Assembly (NCBI RefSeq): GCF_006345805.1
Contig: NC_042999.1
Span: forward strand, 135,470,001-135,534,000
DNA: 64,000 nucleotides
DNA from: Octopus sinensis
Lineage: Eukaryota
Direction: 5' to 3'
In this document: one piece after another, positions 25,810 to 37,905 of the stretch
Layout of the letters: each line of letters starts with the position of its first letter
Numbering within the stretch: position 1 is the first letter of the stretch
Program-made: the position numbers and the translations under genes
The notes under the pieces: model-generated
The model's database searches: none
Seen by the model: the letters and a program-made list of their open reading frames with translations, nothing else
Told to the model about the DNA's origin: nothing

Positions 25810-25999
25810 TGCAGACAGAATAAGAGAAAGTAACCGTTTTCCCTTCATGCCCTTTTGTTAGTGTACTTGTAGAAGCTGATTAACAAGCTACAGCCGGCTT
25901 GATGGGGTTTATTATAGTTGTAAACCATCCCTGAATATGCACGAAGCAAATACATATGTTCAATGAACATATGTATTTGCTGTGGCGATATCTTAACTA

Positions 26000-26620
26000 C
26001 ACCAGTTCAGAAATAATAAATGAAGTATGAAACTGAAAAATTGGACCAGACTTTATATTATAGATGTTAATGCCAAACACTTGAAAATGACAGCCCTGTC
26101 TTCTCTTCTGGCTTTCCAGCTCCTTAGGGCAGAAAGCCCTCACATGGCTCTTTATTGTCACATGTATCACAGGTGGGGTCTTGTACCTCCCACCTCCAGT
26201 CATATCCCTTTCTTACTGTATCCACAGAGCTATTCTGAAGCTGTGCTCCGGGATGGTTCTTTTGTTTTCGAAGGTCATCAGGACTTAAATGCTATGCGGA
26301 TTCTCCCTGACATCGTCATTTTTAGTTACCTCGACGCTCACAATCAGTACGTGCTCCACTGCGATGTTGACTATGGACCAAGGTTCTATATCGCCACAAA
26401 TATCTCTCACTGTGACCCTTGTGTTCTTCAGTCCCACATATTCCAGCATGAGCCGGTGGGCAGGTGTGTGGTGCACCAACACAAACTGTTTCTCGCCTTA
26501 TCTTCAGCTTTGAATGCCATAGATATAACTCCCTATGTCTTTCCTCGATCGATGGAAACCACAATAATTCATATACCAGCTATGGCTTATTTCAACTGCT
26601 CCTTTCAAGGAATACTGGAA
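26000..26620 (-). mobile_element. Decayed LINE ORF1 (L1/Tx1-like) with CCHC zinc knuckle
   Basis: IDRGKT*GVISMAFKAEDKARN..YVGLKNTRVTVRDICGDIEPWSIV.., ending (frameshifted) CDTCDNK/SHVRAFCP. Confidence 0.65.
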
Positions 26621-26651
26621 ATCCTCCCGCTTTTTAATTTTTTCGTGAGTG

Positions 26652-26790
26652 AAGGTGCGTGGCCTAGTGGTTAGGCTGTTGCATTCACGATCACGAGATC
26701 ACGGTTTCGACTCCCAGATAGGTTGTACGTTGTATTATTGAGAAAAACACTTCATTTCATGTTGTTCTAGTCCATTCAGCTGTAAATAGG
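26652..26790 (+). mobile_element. SINE family C head
   Basis: gaaggtgcgtggcctagtggttagg..ggtttcgactccca (A and B boxes). Confidence 0.7.
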
Positions 26791-27107
26791 TATGCTTGGG
26801 ACGTTTTTGGCATTTAAAGGCAAAATAGTGACTCAGGAAAATCATCCGAGCGGAGGTCCCGCGTGCCAGTTTTGTATTCAACGATCGTACGGTGAATTCC
26901 CACTGGATGGGATTGGTTGTTCAACCACGTCGAAGGATTACTTATTTATTTGTTTCTTATTGCTAGTTCTTGAATAAAATAGACATACATGCAGGTGAGG
27001 GGGGAAATATTTCGTGAAATACTTCTTTATGGCAAGTAACTACTACTTTTGTTACCGGCTTCGTTGTTCGTTAGAGTATGAAATTCATCTGTTTGTTAAA
27101 ATTTGAT

Positions 27108-27143
<36 letters not shown>

Positions 27144-27454
27144 ACTCCCCCTCTCTTTCACTCCCCCTCTCTCTCACTCCCCTCTCTCTCTCTGCGTCTC
27201 AAATTTTATTTGGAGATTCTTGGAGGCATGTTCACCAGACGGAGGAAAATACATGCTGTTATACAAGTAGGTAAATATAAAATATAACAAAAATATCCAA
27301 TGAAAAACCTTGTTTTGTCCGCCCTGATGTAAAATGGGTAGATACTCAAATATTCCAAAGCATAATAGTCCAAAATATAATTTTTCTTCACGAGCTACTA
27401 ATACTTCCTGAAATCTCAGTAACCTGAGTTTTCCATGGCAATATATCTGAAAAT

Positions 27455-27663
27455 GAAGGCAGAGAGCGGACAGAATCGTTAATGCACCGGGCAAAATGCC
27501 TAGCGGCATTTCGTCCGTGTTTACATTCCGAGTTCAAATGCCGCTGGAGTCGACTTTGCCTTTGATCCTTTCGATAAAATAAGTACCAATTGAACATAGA
27601 GGTCGATGTAGTCGGCTTATGCCCTTCTCCGAACTTGCTGGCCTTGTGCCAAAATTTGAAATC
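27455..27663 (+). mobile_element. SINE family A
   Basis: gagcggacagaatcgttaatgcaccgggcaaaatgcc..gagttcaaatgccgctggagtcgactttgcc. Confidence 0.85.
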
Positions 27664-27994
27664 AGTATATCTGAAAATGATCGCCCTTCTCAAAATATAA
27701 CAGCAAAAACAAGCTGTTCTTTATTAAATACAAGGAATGACTCATATATATAATGGAAGTTAAAAACTCGGGGTTACAAAATATATCGCATGACAAAGTT
27801 AAATAAAAACAAGGGCAGGGGAAAATGATTTTATGCAATAAAACGCATTAAACATTTAATATAAAATATTATTTTTAAAAATTTCATAGAAATTACTATA
27901 AAATTGTATTAAAAAACAACAGCAATTAAGGCAAATGATAGTAGAAATCATGAAAATCATTTAGGATTACCTATCCAAATACTAGTGAGAGCCT

Positions 27995-28300
27995 CCGGCA
28001 CTCTGTCCGTTACGATCATTGTTCCAGTTGATCCGATTAACGGAACAGCCTGCTTATGAAATTAACGTGCAAGTGGCTAAGCACTCCTTAGACACGCGTA
28101 CCCTTAACGTAGTTCTCAAAGATTCAGCGTGACACAGAATGTGACAACGCCGGCCCTTTGAATTACATATCCAACTCAGTTTCGCCAGCTGAGTGGGCCG
28201 GGGAAACGTGAAATAGTGTCTTACTCAAAGACAACGCGCTGCCGTTCATCAAACTCACGGTCGTGAGCCGAATTCTCTAGCCACTAAGCCACGCGCCTTT
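27995..28300 (-). mobile_element. SINE family C
   Basis: Reverse complement of the head and body at 57703-58025. Confidence 0.85.
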
Positions 28301-29892
28301 ACAGTGAGAACCTACCTGTGAGGTCAGATCGTCCGACAGCTCTATTCACACACGACTTATATTTTTCCCGAGGATTATCACATTATATGGGAGTTGCTCC
28401 AGCCATTAGTATTATTGTGATGATGATAGTTGCCCCTTTGTATTTCCTGCGAGTTGTAATTGCTCTGGTGTTTGATGCAATCGTAGAAGTAGCCTTCTGC
28501 ATTCCGCAACAACTCTTATCTGAATCTACGCTGGTCTGCAAAGTTGAGTACCACTTTTATATCCAGCCGGACCTCTGACCAGTTTAGGAAGGTGGTTGAC
28601 TTGGTTTCGATAATTTCCCCATGGTTTTTTTAATACTATCCCCTATATGTTTCTATGGAGTAACAAATCACGCACCTTGCCTTGTCCACACGTTGCCTCA
28701 TATAGAACGGAAACATGTAGTATTCGTTAGAGGCGTTCACTATCATTAATAGCTTTCATGTCCACTCCTCGTTGATGCACAATCCCAAACCTGTCCCGAA
28801 TTTTATCTTCTTGTTTATATGACACAAGGTACTGCATACTTCTTTCAGACACATTTCGACTTCCTGTAGTGTTCTGAATGACATACCTTGTTACCTCAGC
28901 TCTTTCTGTCTGCCTATATTCTCTATAAAGGTGAAAATAAGCCAAAGGTCTGTGTTGCTGCAAATGCTTAACTGTCACTCTTCTGTTGGTCGACTCACGT
29001 ACTGCGACACAAGATTGTGCGCAACTGTGAATCTTACAGTATCTGTTTGCCGTTTAACCTCGAAAGCAGATACTGCCATATGTTTAGCTCGCACAACCAG
29101 CAATATACTATTCTACACGTCAGCGAGTACCTGTTTTAAATTAGTCTTTGGAGAGCATGCAAAAAAGATTCCCATTTTTTTTTTTTTTTTTAGGTAAAGG
29201 TGTTAACTTTCATCTTGCCCGCTGTTAGAAAAGCCTTCAAATAAATAGAGGGAATGCCTCAACACAAGCCCTACCCTTACCAAAATTGTTGTTGTGATAG
29301 AACCTTGCATAAATAGTCTTTCAGTTTGCTTCGGCGCTCGTCAATGTGTGCGCACTACGGCTTCCACCATTGTTGTTTATGTTTTTGCTTGGTTTTTTTT
29401 TTCAGGTCAATATTGCCACAGTTATATATTGAAAAAATATTTTTCCTCAAGTGTGTTTGCTAGTTGTATATTGTTAAAGTTCATTTTTTTCTGTTTTGTT
29501 ATTCATTTATTATTTTAGAATCTGTGTTTCTTTTTCAAACAGTTTATAAGTAGTGGGCGTGTTGTTTACGTTATTACACCCACTATTGTGCTGATTACCT
29601 CTTCCTGCTACTCTAATACAAGAATCCGTGTTGAATTACGAGTAAACGAAGCTTTTACAGAATTTAAAAACTTACAATTTGAAAAACAAACTGTATTTTG
29701 TTCATCTCTTTAAATAAATTGATATTTAGTAAAAAAAAAAAATTAGTGTGTCATCATGCTCTTCCAGGTTCAAGCTGATTTTTTTTTTTTACTTAAATTA
29801 GCATTTGCGTTGCAAAAAACCAACTTCAACCATGTACGAACTTGAAAATAGAAGAATTGCTCAATTGATGCACAAAGCTTGGAGTATTTGGT

Positions 29893-30070
29893 GGCGAGCA
29901 GGCAGAATAGTCAGCACGCTGAGCAGAATGCTTAGCAGCATTTCGTTCGTTTGACTTTGCCTTTCATCCTTTTCAGGTCGATAAAATAAGTACCAGTTGA
30001 GCACTGGGACCGATGTAATCGACTCACCCCCTACCCCGGACTTAATGGCCTTGTGCCAAAATTTGAAACC
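29893..30070 (+). mobile_element. SINE family A with internal deletion
   Basis: tggcgagcaggcagaatagtcagcacg..gactttgcctttcatcc..ggccttgtgccaaaatttgaa. Confidence 0.8.
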
Positions 30071-30830
30071 ATTATTTACATCGCTTCAATAGTCAAGTCA
30101 TTGAAGGTTTTAATTTTGAGCAATAATTAGCTCTGAGATAGACGTATCCCTGATTTCATCTTGAGAAATTAATTGCTCACTTTCTCTATTTTCAAAATCA
30201 AACACTATAATAACCCAGTCAGATACATGCACTTTTTTTAGTGGGTGGGGGTATCCCCGGAACGTTTTTTAAAGTTTTCCCTTAGTTATTCATTGAGTTT
30301 TACGTATATTTCCCGGTAACGATCTCTAATGTTTCTTCAAATTATACCATAAACATCGAAAAATTACCTCACTTTTGTAAATCACCTTTAAGGTACTTGG
30401 TAAATAAAAATTCATCATTAACACACATTCACTTTGGACTTAAATAGTTCGGATAGGCCATAAAAATATTTAAACTGCCGAAAATCAACTTACAATACAG
30501 AAGCTGGGATACCAAGACTTTCTTCACATCATCGGTCATCTCATTAATGCGTCATTGAGTTGTATTATTTGTACTTAGTTGAGTTCAAATACCACCGACG
30601 TCGACTTTGCCTTTAAATCTTTCGGTATCGATTAAATAAGCACCATTTGAGCACTGGGTTGTTGTAATCGATGAGCGCCCTCGCCCAAACTTTTAAGCCT
30701 TATGCCTATGGAAGAAAGAATTATTTGCACTTAGTGACATGCAATTTAGAACGGGTTGGGGCTATTTCTTCAAAAGAATTTCAATTATTTCTTTAATTAC
30801 TGGTTTTATGATCTTTTCGTCAATGTCATA

Positions 30831-31105
30831 CAGGGTGGAGCAGAGAGGACGGACGTTTTTGATAAAATCACAAAATCATTAATTTTAGCTACAAAAAAAT
30901 TTATTGGCATCAATGTGTTCGTATTGAATTAACATTTGTCAAAATCAATTGTGGAAAACAATATCTATCATGTGGTGTTCGTTTTCATTGAGGCGTTCTT
31001 GGAAATTGGCCTCCACCCTCTTCAGCATTGATCAGTCGATTTGGGTGACTGCCACGCGAATAGTTTCCTTCAAATCGTCCAATGTACGGGGCTTATGCGT
31101 ATAAA
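30831..31105 (-). mobile_element. Tc1/mariner relic (terminus plus transposase C-terminal helix)
   Basis: TA|cagggtggagc terminus; VYTHKPRTLDDLKETIRVAVTQID. Confidence 0.65.
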
Positions 31106-31218
31106 CATATATACAGACATATATATATATATATATATATATACAGACATACATACATGTATGTATGCATACATACATACATACATACATACATACATAC
31201 ATACATACATACATACAT

Positions 31219-31271
<53 letters not shown>

Positions 31272-31279
31272 CACATACA

Positions 31280-31503
31280 TAAATTAAGCAGAAACACAAC
31301 AAAGGAACAAACGGAAAATTCACACACAAAACACTGACGTTGCTAATTCCTCGTCAGTTATCGTCCAAAAAATTCTTACAATTTCACGCCTTTAACAATA
31401 AATATTGTTAATTTTTGGTAGCATCAACAGCGAGAAGCTGCTGGGAATAGCGAGCAAACGCTGAGCAAACGTCGAAACCAAACACGACACAAATGTGTAT
31501 AAC
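31280..31503 (+). repeat. Interspersed repeat with an inverted counterpart at 39600-39822
   Basis: Roughly 90% identical by eye over ~220 bp. Confidence 0.85.
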
Positions 31504-32054
31504 CAAATGAAATAATTATACAATATAGAAACAAAATAAGGCCGTACAACTCTGAGACGATACGAATATATGAGAGGTTTAGTGCCTACCAAACTCACCT
31601 ACAAAGAATTGGGCCACCAGGGGCAATTGTAGAAGCCTACTTACCCCTAGTACCACGCAGTAAGACTGAACCCAAAACCACGTGGCTAAAAAGTGACAGG
31701 CTTAACAACACATCTACGCCTTCGCCTCGCCGGAACTATTAAAAAGAGATTAGTCTTTCAGCTCATATTTTTCTCCCCTCGCTGCATTTGATTTTGTAAT
31801 TAGTTTTTTTAATGTTCTCTGTGTTAGGAATGTTTACTCCTACTTAACTGTTAGAACAAATGAGCCAGGACCAAAGAGAAGTGTATTTTCAAAATAAGAG
31901 ATAGAGATCAACAGAATCGAGAACACATAAGTCAAGAGCAAAGGCAGCTGTACATAGAAAGAAGGGAACATATGGACGAAGATAAAGGCAGAATTGCCTT
32001 CAAGATATGAGAAACAGAGTTCGAGAAAGAAGGAAAAATATGGAAGCAGATGAA

Positions 32055-32500
32055 TCACAGTATTATCTTAAGACAAGGTTCTCTTGGGATATTATCTAGA
32101 TGTTTCTGACATCTCTTTCTTATCATGCCTAGGGCACTCACAATAACAGGAACAGTTCTCGCCTTGAGATGCCACATCTTTTTTATTTCAAATTCCAGGT
32201 CCTTATATTTACTTAATTTATCAAATTCCTTTACAGATATAGTTTTATCAGTTGGAACACTTACATCTATTAATCTACAAATATTTTCTTCCATATCTTT
32301 AATGACTGTCTGGTCGATTAGCCTGGATCGTTCTGTTGGTGTTGACTGGAAATGGTGACATTTTACCTTCAACAACTGACTCAGGATGATGTTCATACCA
32401 GTAAGCATTTTGTGGTGTTTACATATTTTCCATATTTTTTGTATTCGTTCGGTGTCAGCACAGGACATCCCGAGACGAGATGGTCTATTGTTTCATCAAA
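32055..32500 (-). mobile_element. RLE-type LINE 3' fragment
   Basis: ETIDHLVSGCPVLT..CRLIDVSVPTDKTISVKEFDKLSKYKDLEFEIKKMWHLK..VPVIVSALGMI. Confidence 0.85.
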
Positions 32501-33915
32501 GGTTCTCATTCCTAAGGTATTTTTCGATGTTGTCACTGCTTGGAATCGATCTCGGGGTTAGTAGCCCGCGCTCTTAACCACTACGCCATATGCCCGTGGG
32601 TAATTATGGAGTGAATTTTTAGGGCTTATAAATATTATATTCTCCTATCCTTCCTTAACACTGGTTCCCATATGCTATTCATATCTGCACTCGGTCTGCT
32701 AAGGAGGTTGTTGTGTTCTAGCATATGTGCTGCTTCTTTTAGTTTTCGTATTTTTCCAGTGGTGTTCTCTGTCTATTATTATAACTTCATCTCACAGGGG
32801 GATTTGGTCTCTATTTTTCCATACATGATCAGCTATACCCGATTTATCAATGTCTCCTCGTGTCACAGCTTTGCGATGTTCCTCTACCCTTATTTTGAAG
32901 GGCGGCATGTTTTGCCTTTGCATAACCTACCACAGCTGCATGGGATGGAGTACACGTAGTTTTTGGTCATATTCTCTTCTATTGGTGGTTTTACTCGAAG
33001 GAGATATTTGCGAAGTGTTGTATTACTCTTGGATACTGTCCTGATGTCATATGGGCCGCATATCTTTTGTATCTTTTCGGAGAGGCCTTTCACATAGGGT
33101 AGACAGACTGTAGACTGTTTAGTGGCTTCATCCTCTCTTTTCTTCATAATTGGAGTAGATAGCATGTTTGGGGAGGGGGGGTGCTTAATAGATTAAGCGA
33201 CTGAGCTTGATCATTTCTTCGTGGTGGGTATCATGATCGCTGCTTATATTGTTTGCTCGATGTTTTAGGCACTGAGCAATCCCTCTCTTTACACTGTATG
33301 GATGGTGGGAAATGAAGTTAAAGTATCGTCCAGTGAAGATTGGTTTGCGGTGTGGAAACGCAATGGCCCAGTGGTTAGGGCAGCGGACTCGCGGTCATAG
33401 GATCGCGGTTTCGATTCCCAGACCGGGCGTTGTGAGTGTTTATTGAGCGAAAACACCTAAAAAGCTCCACGAGGCTCCGGCAGGGGATGGTGGTGATCCC
33501 TGCTGTACTCTTTCACCACAACTTTCTCTCACTCTTACTTCCTGTTTCTGTTGTACCTGTATTTCAAGGGGCCGGCCTTGTCACTCTCTGTGTCACGCTG
33601 AATATCCCCGAGAATTACGTTAAGGGTACACGTGTCTGTGGAGTGCTCAGCCACTTACACGTTAATTTCACGAGCAGGCTGTTCCGTTGATTCGGATCAA
33701 CTGGAACCCTCATCGTCGTAACCGACGGAGTGCTTCCAAGGTTTGCGGTATATGGATGTCCTGAATCCATACTTGGTGTGTGTTATTAACACGTCCAGGA
33801 ATGCTAGCTGATTGTCTTTTTCCTTTTCCTTTGCGAACTGTATGGATGGCTTTATTGAGTTCACATGATCTAACAGCACTTGAACATCTCCCTGGTCGGG
33901 GCTTCGGCATGTCAA
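32501..33915 (-). mobile_element. Penelope-like element (RT end + GIY-YIG) interrupted by a SINE; 3' UTR carries a tRNA-like module
   Basis: LLDHVNSIKPSIQF..EKDNQLAFLDVLI..SIYRKP|IFTGRYFNFISHHP..VCLPYVKGLSEKI..YVYSIPCSCG..EAAHM..WEPVLRKDRRI* (stop at 32635-32637). Confidence 0.9.
33352..33739 (+). mobile_element. tRNA(Arg)-like-headed SINE with family-C body and 10-bp target-site duplication
   Basis: TSD ggtttgcggt at 33342-33351 and 33740-33749; A box tggcccagtgg, B box gtttcgattcc; TCG in the anticodon position. Confidence 0.92.
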
Positions 33916-34461
33916 AACATTAAACTAGCTACAGTAAACTGAAAAACATGAAAACATTCGCGAGCAAATTAAATATTTAAAAGCTACGAGCGAACGAACG
34001 AACAGGAGTTGCTAGAAATAACAGTCAAGACATTAAAATATTCACGAGCAAAGTTGACATTAAAACATTCGCGAACAACTTAAATATTTAAAAGCTACGA
34101 ACAAACCAACAGGAGTTGCTAGAAATAAAAGTCAAAACATTGCTTAAAACAGTCATTAATTAGATTTTAAAATTCAAAAGTTTGCAATACACTTTAAAAT
34201 TTTATAAAATAAATTATCTTTCTCATAACTCTTTCTCCACATAAATTCACAAAGATAAGTCAACCGGCGTGTGTTTCCACGCTTTAAAGATGCTCAGGTA
34301 CTCTCATTTTGTTGATTACACTCAATTTCGTGGTTACACTGCTTGTGCTCATGCGCAGCATCTTTGGTTACTATGGAAACAGAGTTTTCGTCACAGTGAT
34401 GTGTAAAATACGCGTTTCTGATTGGTTAAAATACCCAAATTTTGCAAATTTTAAAGGCCCT

Positions 34462-34842
34462 CTTTTACTCTTTTACTTGTTTCAGTCACTTGACTGTGGC
34501 CATGCTGGAGCACCACCTTTAGTCGAGCAAATCGACCCCAGGACTTATTCTTTGTAAGCCTAGTACTTATTCTATCGGCCTCTTTTGCCAAACCGCTAAT
34601 TTATGGGGACCTAAACACACCAGCATCGGTTGTCAAGCGATGTTGGGGGGACAAACACAGACACACAAACACACATATATACGACGAGCTTCTTTCAGTT
34701 TCCGTCTACCAAATCCACTCACAAGGCTTTGGTCGACCCGAGGCTATAGTAGAAGACACTCGCCCAAGGTGCCACGCAATTGGACTGAACCTGGAACCAT
34801 GTGGTTGGTAAGCAAGCTATTTACCACACAGCCACTCCTACG
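34462..34842 (-). mobile_element. SINE family B, complete
   Basis: Near-consensus tail and head in reverse. Confidence 0.92.
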
Positions 34843-35516
34843 CTAATAACCATTTAATTATGGATTTATAGGGGAAATGAATTTCATTTTCGTAATTAGT
34901 ATCCAAAACTTAATCCATATACCAAATATGAAAACATCCGGAACAAAATTATAAACAGTGACGAAAACTACAAAGATGCAAATAAATAATTAAATTTGCA
35001 TAAATAATTGAATAAAATAGATGTACCAGTACATTAATATGATTTATACAAGTTTTTTAATAATATACTGTGCTAGGTACCATTATAGTAATCTAGTAAC
35101 TGTGGGAATTTGAACTCCCTGCTCGTAAATTAGTGCAGATTTGCGAGGTTCCGGATCATCAGTGTCCCGGAAGTCGGTGTTGTGCTTGTATAACAAATTT
35201 ATTATATTTGGAAAACAATATAAAACCGGCAATAAAAACAAATTACATATGTATAAATCAGAAATGTATATTGACAAATTGTATTTGTTATTTACTTATT
35301 TGTTTATTTATTTTGTATCTTTATTTTTATTCAAATATCAGCTTTCACCCACCCAACTTTTTAACCTCCGGGTACTTATCAACTTCAAGGGTAGTTTGGT
35401 CGACTTTTGTGAGAATTCTTGTTTGAAGGTCTCTTTCGTCATCTGAAACCCCCTATAGTTCTAAATTATTGCTTAAGCACTTAGTAACAAAACCATGTGT
35501 TATGTATATGCATGTA

Positions 35517-35733
35517 CGAGGGGGTGCTGAAAAGTTCCTGATTTTAAGGGTGTCACGAAAGGCCTGGTTGGAATCCCAACCTTCCGAGTTCTTTTACAAG
35601 GCTTGGAAAAAATGAAGTACCGCTGCAATAAGTATGTGAACCTGAGAGGGGAATATGTTGAATAAAACCATAATTAACTTACCCTCCAGTATTTTCTTTT
35701 ACCCAAAGCCAGGAACTTTTTAGCACTCTTTCG
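35517..35733. mobile_element. Mariner-type MITE
   Basis: TA|cgagggggtgctgaaaagttcct ... aggaactttttagcactctttcg|TA. Confidence 0.85.
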
Positions 35734-35739
35734 TATATG

Positions 35740-35797
<58 letters not shown>

Positions 35798-37528
35798 CTT
35801 TTTCTCTATCTCTCTCTCTCTTTCTCTCTCTCACGAATAGTACATTCAGAAAACGCGCCGGCCCGCTCATACATACACACATTCATGCATTTACATACAG
35901 TTCTTGCTTGTATCTGTATATGTGTATACACGTATCTTCACGTGTATTCTCATATAATTTATACACGTGAGTGTGTGTATTTTCTTCACTTTTAACAGTT
36001 TGCACTTGTCGAAAAGAAATTAAAAAGCTGGAATCCTGTAATGTTGTAATCAGTTCTCAGTCAAGGTCAATTTATATTATTTCCTGTGCAAGAGGAATAA
36101 CCAAACGTCATGTTTGACAGGAAATGCTGGACACGAGAGGAAATAGGCTAGTAGTTTAGTATACACCCATAAAATGTTTATTTGTACTGTGCTTATCGTT
36201 GCTTGATAACTTAAGATGTTTCATTTGAATCAAACCGTATTTGAAATGCTGCTAACATAACACTTTAAATGTAAAACAATATAGTTAGGAGGATTATTTT
36301 ACTTAAATGGTGGTAGTTCTACCCGAATACTTAGTTGTTTAAGAAGTTCAGAGTTAAGATAGGCAACTTTGTTCGCTATGCGCCAACGAGAATAGAATTT
36401 TAATAGTTATCGTGTTTACAATGGTTAACTCATTGCTCCCGTTAAACGTTTTGTCAGAATTATAAGCAAGACGAATATTGAGATTTAGAAATCAAATTAC
36501 CGTCGATTCCGTCTTTAAACAGCTGCAGATCGTTTATGAAAAAGAATATTACTGAAGTCAACTATCCAGAGAAATAGGCAGGAGAAATATTTGTTAACTG
36601 ACGCAGTACCACAATAACAGAACTCTTAGCATATCACACTGTTTCCCATTATGTTTCAATTTACTCATCCACCACAAAAATACATACCATTGCACGCATT
36701 CGCATGCAATGCTATGTGCCGTCTTTGCTATGTGCTTGCACGAATCAAATGGAGTCACTGAGGCAGATTCCTTGCTGTTACCAACCCTCTCCTGTTTCCA
36801 GCTAAAGTAATAATTTTCCCATGGATGAACATGTTTCAACAAAAGATTGGAAGTGAAGGACGCTGCTTTTATGACGGTGACACTTATTTACAGCTGTTGC
36901 GCAATATATAGATAAGAAGACACACATGCACAATGCCTTGTAAGTGGAATTTGTGCGCATGCATATTTGACTGTCTGTCTGCCTGCCTATATGTATGTAT
37001 GTATTTATGCACGTATATATGTATGATGCATATATGTTTGTGCCACTATGTGTGTGTGTGTGTGTGTGTGTGTGTTGTATGTGCACAATCAGGCCGTCGG
37101 CGATTAAAACGGCAACCAACCAAGCATGCTGGGTGAGGAAGGTGATTTTAGCACATCTTGCATGATGTGAAACAAAATCTATCAAACTCAGGAGAGACAA
37201 AGGCAATCCAGTCACTGGCTTGGAAATAGGGAGAGCAGGGGGTGCAAGCGTACCCGCAAAAATTTTGCGGGGTAATGAAAACGCTTTGAACATCTTCCTG
37301 AAAAACTCCATCGCCAAAACGATTGTCAAACCAATACTGGTGCTGTGTATCGTTAGCCAAGACACCTGCAGATATGTACTGTCGGAATGCTTGCAAGACA
37401 TCTATAAAGGTGTACTGTCAGGTTACTTTCAAGTGCGACTGATAACATGTAGCCAGTATAACTTGCAGCATGGTTGGGTCATCAGTGGCTAAAATGGCAA
37501 CCTCACTATATTTGACGACCTAATATTA

Positions 37529-37905
37529 TCTCTCTCTATATAAACGGCAGTTTGTCTGTGTGTGTTTCTGCGTGTCTGTTTTCTCGTACCCTCACTCTGA
37601 CCACGGCTTTCAACCGATTCTGATGAAACTTGACACACACACATAGCCCAATGTCATAATTCAAAACTAACGCAGCGAAAATTTTGAAAAGTTCCCCCAG
37701 TTCTGAAACAAAATCGATAAATTCGACATGGGGTCGAGAATCAGAAACCCAAACCACAGACCGTCTAGGGGACGCAACTCCACCTTTTTTAACTCTCAAA
37801 AAAAATTTACCATCATTTTTTTGCTATTTTTTGGCTATAACTCTCTAAAAATGCTTTATAGTTATTTCCCTTACAAACCTGAGCAACGCCGGGCGATACT
37901 GCTAG
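37529..37905 (+). mobile_element. Complete non-autonomous Helitron
   Basis: A|TC..5' end, subterminal gagcaacgccgggc, CTAG|T 3' end. Confidence 0.85.

Noticed and set aside
26027-26674. 215-aa plus-strand ORF
   Set aside because: Antisense shadow of the decayed LINE ORF1 on the minus strand; no domain features of its own.
28330-29150. Possible additional LINE relic on the minus strand
   Set aside because: Looks like decayed coding sequence, but I could not anchor a diagnostic motif.
37410-37430. Partial match to miR-8 (tactgtcaggt); also miR-137-like fragments at 35466 and 63781
   Set aside because: Seed or remainder mismatched and no precursor hairpin seen.
37220-37492. 90-aa ORF and overlapping Cys-rich frame
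   Set aside because: No recognisable domain; starts in what resembles a MITE remnant (hairpin tacccgcaaaaattttgcggggta).
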